DNA of 48,420 bases from the NCBI GenBank assembly GCA_001819435.1, contig MHMT01000013.1, positions 1 to 48,420 of the forward strand, written 5' to 3'. Numbering within the stretch: position 1 is the first letter of the stretch; the number at the start of each line of letters is the position of its first letter. The notes beneath the pieces are model-generated. The model made no database searches. It saw only the letters and a list, made by a program, of their open reading frames with translations, and was not told the origin of the DNA. The position numbers were made by a program, and so were the translations under genes. Of the stretch, positions 1 through 8,490 are shown piece by piece. Source of the stretch: Candidatus Portnoybacteria bacterium RBG_13_40_8. Its GTDB lineage: Bacteria; Patescibacteriota; Minisyncoccia; RBG-13-40-8-A.

Positions 1-1107
1 AAACGGATCAGTAATGACAACATTAGAAGCTGCTCCTTGGCCAGTATTTTGATAACTTAAGGTATAAACAATCTCATCGCCAGGAGAGGCATTTAATTTA
101 TTCACTGATTTAGTTATTGTTAGGGATGGATTCCCCACTACTGTAACAAAAAAGTTAGCGCAATTACTGTATACAAGAGAAAGTTCATTGCTCTGAATAC
201 TTCCTCGATTTTTAATCTCGGTAGTTCCCACCGGAACATCATTGTCTACTTTTGCTCTTATGGTTATCTGACCCGACTGACCAGCATTCAAGGTGCCGAT
301 ATTCCAAGTATCATTGCCAGAACTTGGAGCTGGAGTAGCGCTGATAAAAGTAAGATATTGCTGATTAATATAATTAAAAGGATCTTTTACCACCACACCG
401 GTGGCAAGAGCATTTCCTATGTTAGCGTAATTTAATGTATATTCAACCTCATCGCCTGGTACGGTATTACTTTTGTCCACTGTTTTGTTAATTACCAAAA
501 GCGGTGCACCAAGTTCCTCTCTATAGCCAGAAATTCTTATAGCCCTTACATCTATGCTATTACCGGTGCCCTGAAGGAAAAAATCACCATTAGCCGGAAA
601 TTGCATTGTTCTTGAGACAACATCTTGATAAATCTTTAAAGCGGCCTTATCTTGTTCACAGTTATCAGCAACATAATCACCTCCGTCGGGAACATCTGCC
701 GTATCCGTATAAGTTGTTGGAGGAGTAGTACTATTAAGTCCTGCTTTAGTATAAACTCTCATTGTCTCGTTTGTTTGAGGAGGGTAAGCGCTGTTGTGGG
801 TATAACCCAGCTCCATGTCTATGCTGTAATTTCCAGCTGGAGCATTTAAATCAATCCAGGCATGCCATGCCTCGCCGCCATAATTAGCGGTAAGAACAGC
901 TATCGAACCAATATTCGGACAAGTATCAAAAACTTTGTCGGCATGAAACCTCGAATCTTCAACGTAAATCCAGCCGCTATCATACCATTCAGCTGCCTTA
1001 ACGGATGATAATGGAGTTAACACAGAAATTAAAACACTGACAACAGTCAAAAATGACGCTGTCTTGGTAGTCAACTGATTAGAAAAATAAAAATTTTGTT
1101 TTTCCAT
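1..1107 (-). CDS. Secreted/cell-surface protein, N-terminal part (ORF runs off the left edge). Signal peptide followed by DUF11-type conserved repeat domains.
   Basis: ATG at 1107..1105. It is absent from the ORF track because there is no stop inside the window. Hand translation gives MEKQNFYFSNQLTTKTASFLTVVSVLISVLTPLSSVKAAEW..., then units such as INKTVDKSNTVPGDEVEYTLNYANIGNALATGVVVKDP and ITKSVNKLNASPGDEIVYTLSYQNTG, typical of DUF11/TIGR01451 surface repeats. Confidence 0.7.
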   Translation of the reverse strand, partial: MEKQNFYFSNQLTTKTASFLTVVSVLISVLTPLSSVKAAEWYDSGWIYVEDSRFHADKVFDTCPNIGSIAVLTANYGGEAWHAWIDLNAPAGNYSIDMELGYTHNSAYPPQTNETMRVYTKAGLNSTTPPTTYTDTADVPDGGDYVADNCEQDKAALKIYQDVVSRTMQFPANGDFFLQGTGNSIDVRAIRISGYREELGAPLLVINKTVDKSNTVPGDEVEYTLNYANIGNALATGVVVKDPFNYINQQYLTFISATPAPSSGNDTWNIGTLNAGQSGQITIRAKVDNDVPVGTTEIKNRGSIQSNELSLVYSNCANFFVTVVGNPSLTITKSVNKLNASPGDEIVYTLSYQNTGQGAASNVVITDPF

Positions 1108-1161
1108 GAATTTTTATTAAATTTTATAAATTTATTTAATATTAAAATATTAGCACATTAT

Positions 1162-1818
1162 TTAAATATTGTCAATAGATATTGCCTTTACGGCTATTCT
1201 TTTCCAATTGGTATTAATCGGCCAACAGCTTAAAAGATAAAGAATTGACTGACCATCTTGCTTATCTATTCTTATATCCTTAGGAAGCTGGATTTCTTTC
1301 TCCGACACATTGTAAATATATTTTTTTTCCGGAGAAAATATCCAAATTTCGTCACCCGGATTAAGCCGGTTCAATAAACTGAAGATTGAACCGTATTCAC
1401 CATTATACCAAGGATAGGCCGAGCTATGACCCAGAATTACGGTCGTCCCCTTGTCTTCTGGCAAAGATGATTCTGGCCAAAAAACTACGCCTTTTTCTAG
1501 GGCCGACTGAAGAGCAGATTCGTTTGTGTCCTCTGGCCAAATAATTGGTGCGTCTATTCCTAATGAAGGAATAATTATCCTCTGGGGTATTTGCAATGAT
1601 TTATTTTCCGAACAACTTAACTCGTCTGAATTCTGATTTTCTGATAGAACGATTGAAGAATTAATTGGCGACGGCCCCAAAAAATGATATTTCGCTTGAG
1701 CGTAGATAAAACGACCATTAAAAATAAAAAGGCTAAAACTAAAAACAATAAGAAACAAAAAAAGGAAGATTAAGCCCTCCTTTATAATTGAACCCCTCCT
1801 CATATTAAAAAATATCAT
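1162..1818 (-). CDS. Sortase-family transpeptidase
   Basis: N-terminal TM helix. Candidate catalytic triad: His in VILGHSS, Cys in LYLLSCWP (a TLxTC-like motif) and Arg in KRIAVKA. It lies next to a surface protein. Confidence 0.7.
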   Translation of the reverse strand: MIFFNMRRGSIIKEGLIFLFLFLIVFSFSLFIFNGRFIYAQAKYHFLGPSPINSSIVLSENQNSDELSCSENKSLQIPQRIIIPSLGIDAPIIWPEDTNESALQSALEKGVVFWPESSLPEDKGTTVILGHSSAYPWYNGEYGSIFSLLNRLNPGDEIWIFSPEKKYIYNVSEKEIQLPKDIRIDKQDGQSILYLLSCWPINTNWKRIAVKAISIDNI

Positions 1819-1824
1819 AATTAA

Positions 1825-2787
1825 TTAAATTATGTCAATACCTCTATTCAAAAATTCCTGGCCATTAAAAGAAGCGATACCAGTAATCAGGATTATGATA
1901 ATAATAGAGGTAAAAATCAACTTGGGATACTGAACTCTGAAATTTACGAAAATAGTCAACGACAAAACCAGCATCAATAATCCGGCAATAATAAAATATA
2001 TCTTATTTACCGCTGAATCTGATTTTTCCGAAATAGTATTTAAAATATTACCCGATTCCTGAATGTTGGTGATTTGTTGACCGGTTTTTTGTTCGGTTGC
2101 TCCTCCTATTCCCACCGAGGGAGAAGAAGTTTCTTGTTTTTGAGTTATCGGCGTTACTTCCGGAGAAACTGGCTGTTTTGCTTCTGGCTTTTCTTCCACT
2201 TTTTTGCTTGGAGCTAATCTTCCGAACAACTGAACAGCTACCACAGTATCCTTGCCGTTTATCTTGCCTTCAATAACAGCTATACCTATTTCTTGATATT
2301 TTTTATTCAAAATATTATCTCTGTGAGATGGTGATTTCATCCACGCTTGATGAAGGTATTTGCTGTCGGTAAAGTCCTTGGCTAAATTTTCGCCGGCTGC
2401 CATATAGTTGTAACCGGCTTTATCGAACCAATACCAGGGAGTTGTTCCCAGTGGGCTGGTGTGAGCAAAATAACTGTTCTTTATCATGTCCTGGGCTTTA
2501 TTTTGAGCGGCTTGAATTAATTTGTCATTGATCTCTAGTGGCTCTAATCCCTTGGCCGTTCTTTCGTTATTAGCCATCTCGATTAATTCAGAGTTGGTGA
2601 CAACGGCGAACTCACTTATTTGAGGATAATATAAAAACCAAGAAAAAATAAAAAATTTTATAACTACTAAAATTACTGCCAGAATAAATAAATTCTTCGG
2701 CCTTAAAACATAGGGTTGAAAATCATTATGCTTACTGGGAAAAAATGCTTTATGAGTTTTTGCTACTATTCTTTTCATAGCGCTCAT
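1825..2787 (-). CDS. Membrane-anchored CAP/SCP (YkwD-like) domain protein
   Basis: N-terminal TM helix, then CAP-domain motifs (NNERTAKGLEPL, YFAHTSP, AGENLA, WMKSPSHRDNIL, EIGIAV). A P/S/T/Q-rich linker and C-terminal TM helices follow. Confidence 0.7.
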   Translation of the reverse strand: MSAMKRIVAKTHKAFFPSKHNDFQPYVLRPKNLFILAVILVVIKFFIFSWFLYYPQISEFAVVTNSELIEMANNERTAKGLEPLEINDKLIQAAQNKAQDMIKNSYFAHTSPLGTTPWYWFDKAGYNYMAAGENLAKDFTDSKYLHQAWMKSPSHRDNILNKKYQEIGIAVIEGKINGKDTVVAVQLFGRLAPSKKVEEKPEAKQPVSPEVTPITQKQETSSPSVGIGGATEQKTGQQITNIQESGNILNTISEKSDSAVNKIYFIIAGLLMLVLSLTIFVNFRVQYPKLIFTSIIIIILITGIASFNGQEFLNRGIDII

Positions 2788-2836
2788 ATATAGTATTATA
2801 CAAAGTTAAAATATTTATGTCAAGCTAAATCTGATA

Positions 2837-3367
2837 CTATCTTTTTGACCACTGCGGACCTCGACGAGCCTTTTTAAGACCGAATTTCTTTCTCTCTACC
2901 GCTCTTGCGTCTCGAGTCAAATATCCTGATTTTTTTAGCTTTTTTCTAAAATTGATATCAAAAAGGACCAAGGCCCTAGAAAGACCATGTCTAATCGCTT
3001 CGGCTTGACCATTTATACCCCCGCCTCTTACTTTTATTGTTCCATTGAATCTATTTAAAGATTTTAACTTAATAAAAGGAGCTTCGATAGTTTTTTGCAA
3101 ACTAGGGGTTGGAAAGTATTCTTTATAGTTTCGGTCATTAATTAAAAGATTTCCCGTCTCAATCGACTGAGCTGGACTACAGGTAAAAAGCCTTACTCTG
3201 GCTATGGCTGTCTTCCGTCTGCCAATAGTCTCGAAATAATTCTTTGCCGTTTCTTCTGCCGGTTTCGGAGTCTCTTCACTCATTTCTTCCGTCTTAACTT
3301 TCTTCACTTTCTTTATTCTTTTAATTGTCTTTTTTATTTTTTTATTCTTCTTTGTAGTCTCTGGCAT
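2837..3367 (-). CDS. rpsI: 30S ribosomal protein S9 with a lysine-rich N-terminal extension
   Basis: GRRKTAIARV and a C-terminal ...KKARRGPQWSKR. The first ~28 aa are K-rich and overlap rplM by 26 nt. An alternative start at the internal MSEETPKP (3283) is possible. Confidence 0.9.
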   Translation of the reverse strand: MPETTKKNKKIKKTIKRIKKVKKVKTEEMSEETPKPAEETAKNYFETIGRRKTAIARVRLFTCSPAQSIETGNLLINDRNYKEYFPTPSLQKTIEAPFIKLKSLNRFNGTIKVRGGGINGQAEAIRHGLSRALVLFDINFRKKLKKSGYLTRDARAVERKKFGLKKARRGPQWSKR

Positions 3368-3710
3368 ACAATTTAAGATTTTTTATTGTTTTATCTCTTA
3401 ATTTATTCTTGGGCAGCATTCTATAAACTGCTTTTTTAAATACTTCATTGGGATTTTTTTCAAACAAATCTTTAAATTTAGTAATTTTAATTCCACCCAA
3501 ATAACCAGAGTGACGGATATATTCTTTGTTTTCGTATTTTTTACCAGTCACTACAATTTTAGAAGTATTAAAAACAATTACCTTGTTAATGCTTAATTTA
3601 TAAGGTGCAAATTCGGGACTATTTTTACCTCTTAAAATAACAGCTATTTGAGATGCTAATCGGCCAAGAATCTTGTCCGAAGCATCAATTTTATAGATGT
3701 TGCTTATCAT
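3342..3710 (-). CDS. rplM: 50S ribosomal protein L13
   Basis: ILGRLASQIAVILRGKN...GYLGGIK...MLPKNKL matches the L13 signature. ATGA overlap with the rplQ stop. Confidence 0.9.
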   Translation of the reverse strand: MISNIYKIDASDKILGRLASQIAVILRGKNSPEFAPYKLSINKVIVFNTSKIVVTGKKYENKEYIRHSGYLGGIKITKFKDLFEKNPNEVFKKAVYRMLPKNKLRDKTIKNLKLYARDYKEE

Positions 3711-4057
3711 TTTATTAACTCAATTATTACCATTGAAGCAGTATCGTTTTTTCGAGAAGAAGTTTTAATAATTCTTGAATATCCTCCCGGTCTTTCTTTA
3801 TATCTGGGTCCTATTTCTTCTATTAATTTATTAACCACTTTAGGTGAAAAATCTCTTAATAAAATTCTTCGATTAGCTAGGGTATTATTTCTGGATCGGG
3901 AAATAATCTTCTCTAAAAAAGACTTTATTTTTTTTGCCTTTCCTTCTGTGGTAGTAATCCTTTCTTTTAAAACCAGAGGTGTAACCAAAGAACGCAGAAA
4001 AGCTCTGCGCTGACTATGCGTTCTGCCTAATTTTTGTCTTTTTTTTCTATGTCTCAT
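3707..4057 (-). CDS. rplQ: 50S ribosomal protein L17
   Basis: MRHRKKRQKLGRTHSQRRAFLRSL...RPGGYSRI is the L17 signature. The stop codon is TGA. Confidence 0.9.
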   Translation of the reverse strand: MRHRKKRQKLGRTHSQRRAFLRSLVTPLVLKERITTTEGKAKKIKSFLEKIISRSRNNTLANRRILLRDFSPKVVNKLIEEIGPRYKERPGGYSRIIKTSSRKNDTASMVIIELIK

Positions 4058-4848
4058 TTTTTAGGCTTCTTACCTGCCAAAGTTTTAGCAGAAACGGACT
4101 TTGCTTTTTTTGTTCTTTTTATTTTCTTCTCCTCTTTCCCTTGAATCGGCATCTCTTTGGGGCTAGAAAATACCGTGAAATGATCCACTAAAATATCAGC
4201 TGCTTTGGTAAAGGCGTCTTCCGGACTAATGCTGCCATCGGTTTCAATATCAATTCTTAAACGATTAAAATCAGTCCTGTCTCCAACTCGCATATTTTCT
4301 ACTTCATAATTTATTTTTCTAATTGGACTGAAAATTGCATCTATCGCAATAGAGCCGATTTCCAGTTTCTCCTTCTTTCTTTGTTCTACCGGCACATAAC
4401 CTAAGCCGCTTTGAATTTCAATTTCCATTTCTAATTTGGCTTTTTTATCAGTTAAGGTTGCAATATGGGCATCTTTATTAATTACTTCTAATTCTGAACT
4501 TAAATTAATGTCTTTGGCTTTTACTTTTTTTTCGCCATTCACCTTTAAATTAACTCTTAATGGCAATGCCTCGAGAGCATTGACCTTAAATCTAATCTGT
4601 TTCAAATTGAGAATTATGTGGATAGCGTCCTCCATTATGTGAGGAATAGTAGAAAATTCGTGGCTTACTCCTTTTATTTTGACAGTGGTTATTGTTGCGC
4701 CCGACAAAGAAGATAGGAGTACGCGCCTAAAAGCATTACCCAGCGTCAAACCATAGCCGGGATAACAAGCATCTATCTCAAAAATTGCTCTATTATCCGA
4801 TTTTTTAATAATTTTAGCCTTTTGCGGCAATTGGATTTTGTGGTCCAT
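4054..4848 (-). CDS. rpoA: DNA-directed RNA polymerase alpha subunit, N-terminal domain only, with a K-rich tail
   Basis: GYGLTLGNAFRRVLLSSLSGATIT...EFSTIPHIMEDAIHIILNLK is typical of the alpha NTD. At 264 aa it ends in KEEKKIKRTKKAKSVSAKTLAGKKPKK rather than an alpha-CTD. Confidence 0.9.
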   Translation of the reverse strand: MDHKIQLPQKAKIIKKSDNRAIFEIDACYPGYGLTLGNAFRRVLLSSLSGATITTVKIKGVSHEFSTIPHIMEDAIHIILNLKQIRFKVNALEALPLRVNLKVNGEKKVKAKDINLSSELEVINKDAHIATLTDKKAKLEMEIEIQSGLGYVPVEQRKKEKLEIGSIAIDAIFSPIRKINYEVENMRVGDRTDFNRLRIDIETDGSISPEDAFTKAADILVDHFTVFSSPKEMPIQGKEEKKIKRTKKAKSVSAKTLAGKKPKK

Positions 4849-4882
4849 AATTTTATAAAATTTAATTATTAAAAGTTAATTT

Positions 4883-5503
4883 TTACCTACTATAATACTC
4901 AACAATCATTTGTAAATCAACTGGACTTTCTATGTCTTCTTTGCTGGGCAGAGCCAAAATATTACCCCGCCAATTCTCTTTATCTAATGAAAGCCAAACC
5001 GGAGGATTAAACTTTTTCAATCTTATGTCTAAGTTTTTAAACAGTCCCTTATTTAAACTAGACTTTTTAATCTTGATAATGTCTCCTTTTTCAACGCGAA
5101 TCGAAGGAATATCAATTTTTCTATCATTTAATAAAACATGACCATGTCCCACGATCTGACGAGCCTTAGCCCTAGATTCAGCTAAACCTAAACGGAAAAT
5201 TATATTATCTATTCTTGTTTCCAGTTTTACTAAAAGAACATCTGTAGCAACTCCTCTTGATTTTGCGGCTTCTTTAAAATATTTTCTTAATTGTTTCTCG
5301 GTTATTCCATAAATTATTTTTAATTTCTGTTTTTCTGCTAACTGAGAGCCGTATTCAGATAAAGCACGTCTCCTTTTTCTGCCATGCATACCTGGAACGT
5401 ACGGCTTTTTAACCATAGCGCATTTCGGGGTAAAACAACGTTCCCCTTTTAAAAAGAGTTTTTGCCCTGCTCTTCTACATTTTTTGCAAGGTGGTTCTTT
5501 CAT
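4883..5503 (-). CDS. rpsD: 30S ribosomal protein S4
   Basis: N-terminal CKKCRR...C..PKC zinc ribbon, SEYGSQLAEKQKLK and an S4 RNA-binding domain (ESRAKARQIVGHGHVLLN). Confidence 0.95.
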   Translation of the reverse strand: MKEPPCKKCRRAGQKLFLKGERCFTPKCAMVKKPYVPGMHGRKRRRALSEYGSQLAEKQKLKIIYGITEKQLRKYFKEAAKSRGVATDVLLVKLETRIDNIIFRLGLAESRAKARQIVGHGHVLLNDRKIDIPSIRVEKGDIIKIKKSSLNKGLFKNLDIRLKKFNPPVWLSLDKENWRGNILALPSKEDIESPVDLQMIVEYYSR

Positions 5504-5506
5504 GTT

Positions 5507-5956
5507 TTATACTCTTCGAGGTTTCTGTGGTCTGCAACCATTATGAGGAACAGGGGTAACATCCCTAATAGATAAAATTTCTAAACCATTAGCCGCCAAA
5601 GCTCTTATAGCTGCTTCTCTTCCCGATCCAACGCCTTTTACAAAAACATTAACTTCTTTAAATGTTATTTTTTGCATTTTATTCATTAAAGAATCGATAA
5701 CCTTTGTAGCGGCGAATGGAGTAGCTTTCTTGGGCCCCTTAAAACCAAGAGCCCCCGCACTATCTGTGGCTACTACATTTCCATTCGGTTCAGTCACAGT
5801 AACAATTGTATTATTGTAAGTGGCTTGGATATAAACATTGGCTATATCTATTCTTTTAGCTTTAACCTCTTTTTTCTTTTTAGCGGTAGCTTCTCTGACT
5901 TCTCCTTCTTTTAAGATTTCTTCGGCTGTTTCTTTAATTACTTTTTTCTTTCCCAT
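5507..5956 (-). CDS. rpsK: 30S ribosomal protein S11
   Basis: YIQATYNNTIVTVTE...GFKGPKKATPFAA...VKGVGSGREAAIRAL...DVTPVPHNGCRPQKPRRV. Confidence 0.95.
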   Translation of the reverse strand: MGKKKVIKETAEEILKEGEVREATAKKKKEVKAKRIDIANVYIQATYNNTIVTVTEPNGNVVATDSAGALGFKGPKKATPFAATKVIDSLMNKMQKITFKEVNVFVKGVGSGREAAIRALAANGLEILSIRDVTPVPHNGCRPQKPRRV

Positions 5957-5961
5957 AAATT

Positions 5962-6351
5962 TTAAGTCTTCTCAAGTTTTCTTTTACCGCTTCCCATTGT
6001 TTTTCGGACATTGCCTCGAACAGTCCGAGTATTTGTTTTGGTCTGTTGTCCTCTGACGGGCAAGCCTTTAATATGACGGATTCCTCGATAACAACCAATT
6101 TCTTTTAATCTTTTAATATTCATCATCTTATCGCGCCTTAATTCTCCTTCTATTCTAAATTTGCCACTTTCGATAAATTGTCTTAATTTAGTAAGCTGTT
6201 CTTCACTTAATTTCTCGGTCCTGATATCCGGATCTATATCTGTTTCTAATAAAATTTTTTTACTCAAAGGCCTTCCTATACCATAAATATAGGTCAAGGC
6301 AATTTCTATTCTTTTTTTATCGGGAATGTTTATTCCAGCGATTCGCGGCAT
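5962..6351 (-). CDS. rpsM: 30S ribosomal protein S13
   Basis: MPRIAGINIPDKKRIEIALTYIYGIGR...CYRGIRHIKGLPVRGQQTKTNTRT. Confidence 0.95.
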   Translation of the reverse strand: MPRIAGINIPDKKRIEIALTYIYGIGRPLSKKILLETDIDPDIRTEKLSEEQLTKLRQFIESGKFRIEGELRRDKMMNIKRLKEIGCYRGIRHIKGLPVRGQQTKTNTRTVRGNVRKTMGSGKRKLEKT

Positions 6352-6359
6352 AAATAAAT

Positions 6360-6473
6360 TTACCCCTGCCTTTGCTTATGTTTGGGGTTGCTACATATAA
6401 CATAAATCCGACCTTTGCGTCGAACTATTTTACATTTATTGCAAATGCGTTTAACCGACGTTCTAACTTTCAT
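6360..6473 (-). CDS. rpmJ: 50S ribosomal protein L36
   Basis: Too short for the ORF track. Hand translation gives [37 protein letters not shown] (37 aa), the canonical L36. It sits in the conserved infA-rpmJ-rpsM position. Confidence 0.9.
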   Translation of the reverse strand: MKVRTSVKRICNKCKIVRRKGRIYVICSNPKHKQRQG

Positions 6474-6482
6474 ATCTAATAT

Positions 6483-6698
6483 TTATTTTTCTCTAAAAAC
6501 AATCCGTCCTTTGGTACTATCATAGGGACTTAATTCAAGCGTCACTCTGTCTCCTGGCAAAATTCTTATAAAATTAATCCTCATTTTTCCAGAAATATGA
6601 GCCAAAACTTCTGAACCATCCTCTAATTTAACCTTAAAATTAGCATTCGGCAACCCTTCAATTACTACGCCACTCTTTCTAATTGCTTCTTTTTTCAT
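6483..6698 (-). CDS. infA: Translation initiation factor IF-1
   Basis: [55 protein letters not shown]. Confidence 0.95.
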   Translation of the reverse strand: MKKEAIRKSGVVIEGLPNANFKVKLEDGSEVLAHISGKMRINFIRILPGDRVTLELSPYDSTKGRIVFREK

Positions 6699-6742
6699 GT
6701 GTTTGAAGTATATATTAAGATATATAAAGCGTCAAGAATTTT

Positions 6743-8482
6743 CTATTCTGGTTTAATTATTATTTTAATTTTATTTTTGTTTTGGGGAATTGATTTTACC
6801 CAAAAAGGCCAGAAAATAACCTTAGCCGTTTCAATCTCTGGCAAAGAGGAAAGATATTTTCTAACTTCAATCTCATTCTTGCCTGAAAGCTCGCTTTTAA
6901 GCTCGGATTCATCAAGATTCCAGGCTGTTTTCGCCTCTATTTGACATATAAAATTTAATTTGCCTTTCGCTGAGTCGACTTTTACATTCTTGTAATTAAC
7001 CTTGATAGTAGAAGGGATTAGAAATTTGTCTGTCGAAATCTTGTCTTTTATTTCTTCTTTTATTATTACCAAAACATCGTTCTCTTTAAAAGCCAAGCCC
7101 CAAGCCTTTACTTTTACGGTAATAGTGAATTCTTTTCCTGGATCGTCCGTATCTAGTGTTGAATCCGACTCTATAACTTCTAAAACTTGCCCATCGTCTA
7201 GCATCTTTAAATCACTGGGTATTTTCTTTTTAAATTCTTCTTTAACTTTATTTTTAAGTTCCAGAGAAACAATCTGAGTAGCACCCTCTATGTCCTGCTT
7301 GGTCGCTACTTTCATTATTCCTTTTGCGCCGCCCGCCATGGGTTCAACTGACTGGCCATAAAAAGAAGCATATTTTGGCGTCCCCTCAAAACCAGGGATA
7401 GTAAACTTAGAAGGACCAATATTGTATGCATCACCTGGCTCGTCAGCTTCTACTGCCACCTCTTTACTACTCGGGATAATTTTTCCTTCTTCTACGATTG
7501 CCCCAGGAATTACCACTGTTTCGATTAATCTAAAAATTTTTCCATTCTCTGAACGAAATCTGGTGGTTTTAACCAGGGACTGTTCGCTTGAACTGTATTG
7601 ATTATAAACCGTTATTACGCCTTTAGCCTTTTCTTGAACATCTTTCTCGCCAGTAGTTGGAAATTTCCTTGAGTCTTCTGTTTCTATCTGAAAAACCTGG
7701 GCAGGAACTTTGCTATTTTCTAAATTAATTGAATCAATACTTTTATCTGCAATAATTTCGGTCTCAAATTTAATATCTTCTTTTTGGGGATTAATAATAA
7801 CCTGAGCCTTAGGCAAAATAAAATATAACACAAATCCTCCACCCACAAATAAAATAAAAATTAAAAAAATAATAAACCTCTTGAATGTGAAAAATTTAAA
7901 TGATGGTTTTTCTTTCCTCGGTTCAGTTTTATAAAATAATTCTTCCTTTTTCTTATCTTTTCTTTTCTTGATAAAAAATTCATCGAACTGCTGCTCTTTT
8001 TCTCCCAGGTCCCTGAATTCTTGTTTAGGAATATATGACTGGGGAACGATTTCTTCCTCGGTTTCTTTGACTTCCTCAGACTCGGGCACAAAAACGGGCT
8101 TCTCTTCTACTGTTGGCTTTCTAATTACTCTTTTTACTACAATATCAGATATAATCTTTTTAGTTCCTCCAAATTTATTTTCAAATTCAACCTGTCTTTT
8201 CTCTTCGCTTAATTTCAAGGATTGGGGCTCTTCTTGGATTTTATCTAAAATTATCAAATTTACCTGCTGGGCCAATCTTTTAATTAATGTATCGGCCGTA
8301 ACCAAAGCCACATCTTTGCCCAAAGAAAGAGCTTCTTCTTTTAAAATCTTAAGATTAATAATGCTCCGTAATGACGGCAAGCCAACGGGTACGATCAAAG
8401 TAATTTTTCTATCCCGGCTTCTTTTAATCCGGTCAATTATGGAGAAAAATTCTTCATTTACTTCTAAATAAAAATTTTCCAT
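6743..8482 (-). CDS. Hypothetical single-pass membrane protein with a large extracytoplasmic C-terminal domain
   Basis: 579-aa ORF. Charged cytoplasmic N-terminal region, one TM helix (FIIFLIFILFVGGGFVLYFIL), then ~350 aa of beta-rich sequence. No motif I can name. It is only 8 nt downstream of the ftsA/pilM-like gene, so probably co-transcribed with it. Confidence 0.6.
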   Translation of the reverse strand: MENFYLEVNEEFFSIIDRIKRSRDRKITLIVPVGLPSLRSIINLKILKEEALSLGKDVALVTADTLIKRLAQQVNLIILDKIQEEPQSLKLSEEKRQVEFENKFGGTKKIISDIVVKRVIRKPTVEEKPVFVPESEEVKETEEEIVPQSYIPKQEFRDLGEKEQQFDEFFIKKRKDKKKEELFYKTEPRKEKPSFKFFTFKRFIIFLIFILFVGGGFVLYFILPKAQVIINPQKEDIKFETEIIADKSIDSINLENSKVPAQVFQIETEDSRKFPTTGEKDVQEKAKGVITVYNQYSSSEQSLVKTTRFRSENGKIFRLIETVVIPGAIVEEGKIIPSSKEVAVEADEPGDAYNIGPSKFTIPGFEGTPKYASFYGQSVEPMAGGAKGIMKVATKQDIEGATQIVSLELKNKVKEEFKKKIPSDLKMLDDGQVLEVIESDSTLDTDDPGKEFTITVKVKAWGLAFKENDVLVIIKEEIKDKISTDKFLIPSTIKVNYKNVKVDSAKGKLNFICQIEAKTAWNLDESELKSELSGKNEIEVRKYLSSLPEIETAKVIFWPFWVKSIPQNKNKIKIIIKPE

Positions 8483-8490
8483 GTCTTTAT

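Noticed and set aside
3707-4057. Possible alternative genetic code with UGA recoding, as occurs in some candidate phyla, given that only an RF1-type factor is seen.
   Set aside because: TGA clearly terminates rplQ (3707..3709) and rpoA (4054..4056), both in ATGA overlaps with the next gene. tRNA-Trp has a normal CCA anticodon, and no in-frame TGA interrupts the conserved proteins. Code 11 fits.
7968-8471. Long antisense ORFs appear in the track: 7968..8471 (+), 46744..47187 (+), 18806..19138 (+), 36585..36881 (+), 10122..10433 (+), 19382..19935 (+) and others.
   Set aside because: All lie opposite well-supported genes. They have low-complexity S/F/L/I-rich translations typical of shadow frames in AT-rich DNA, and they have no start context.
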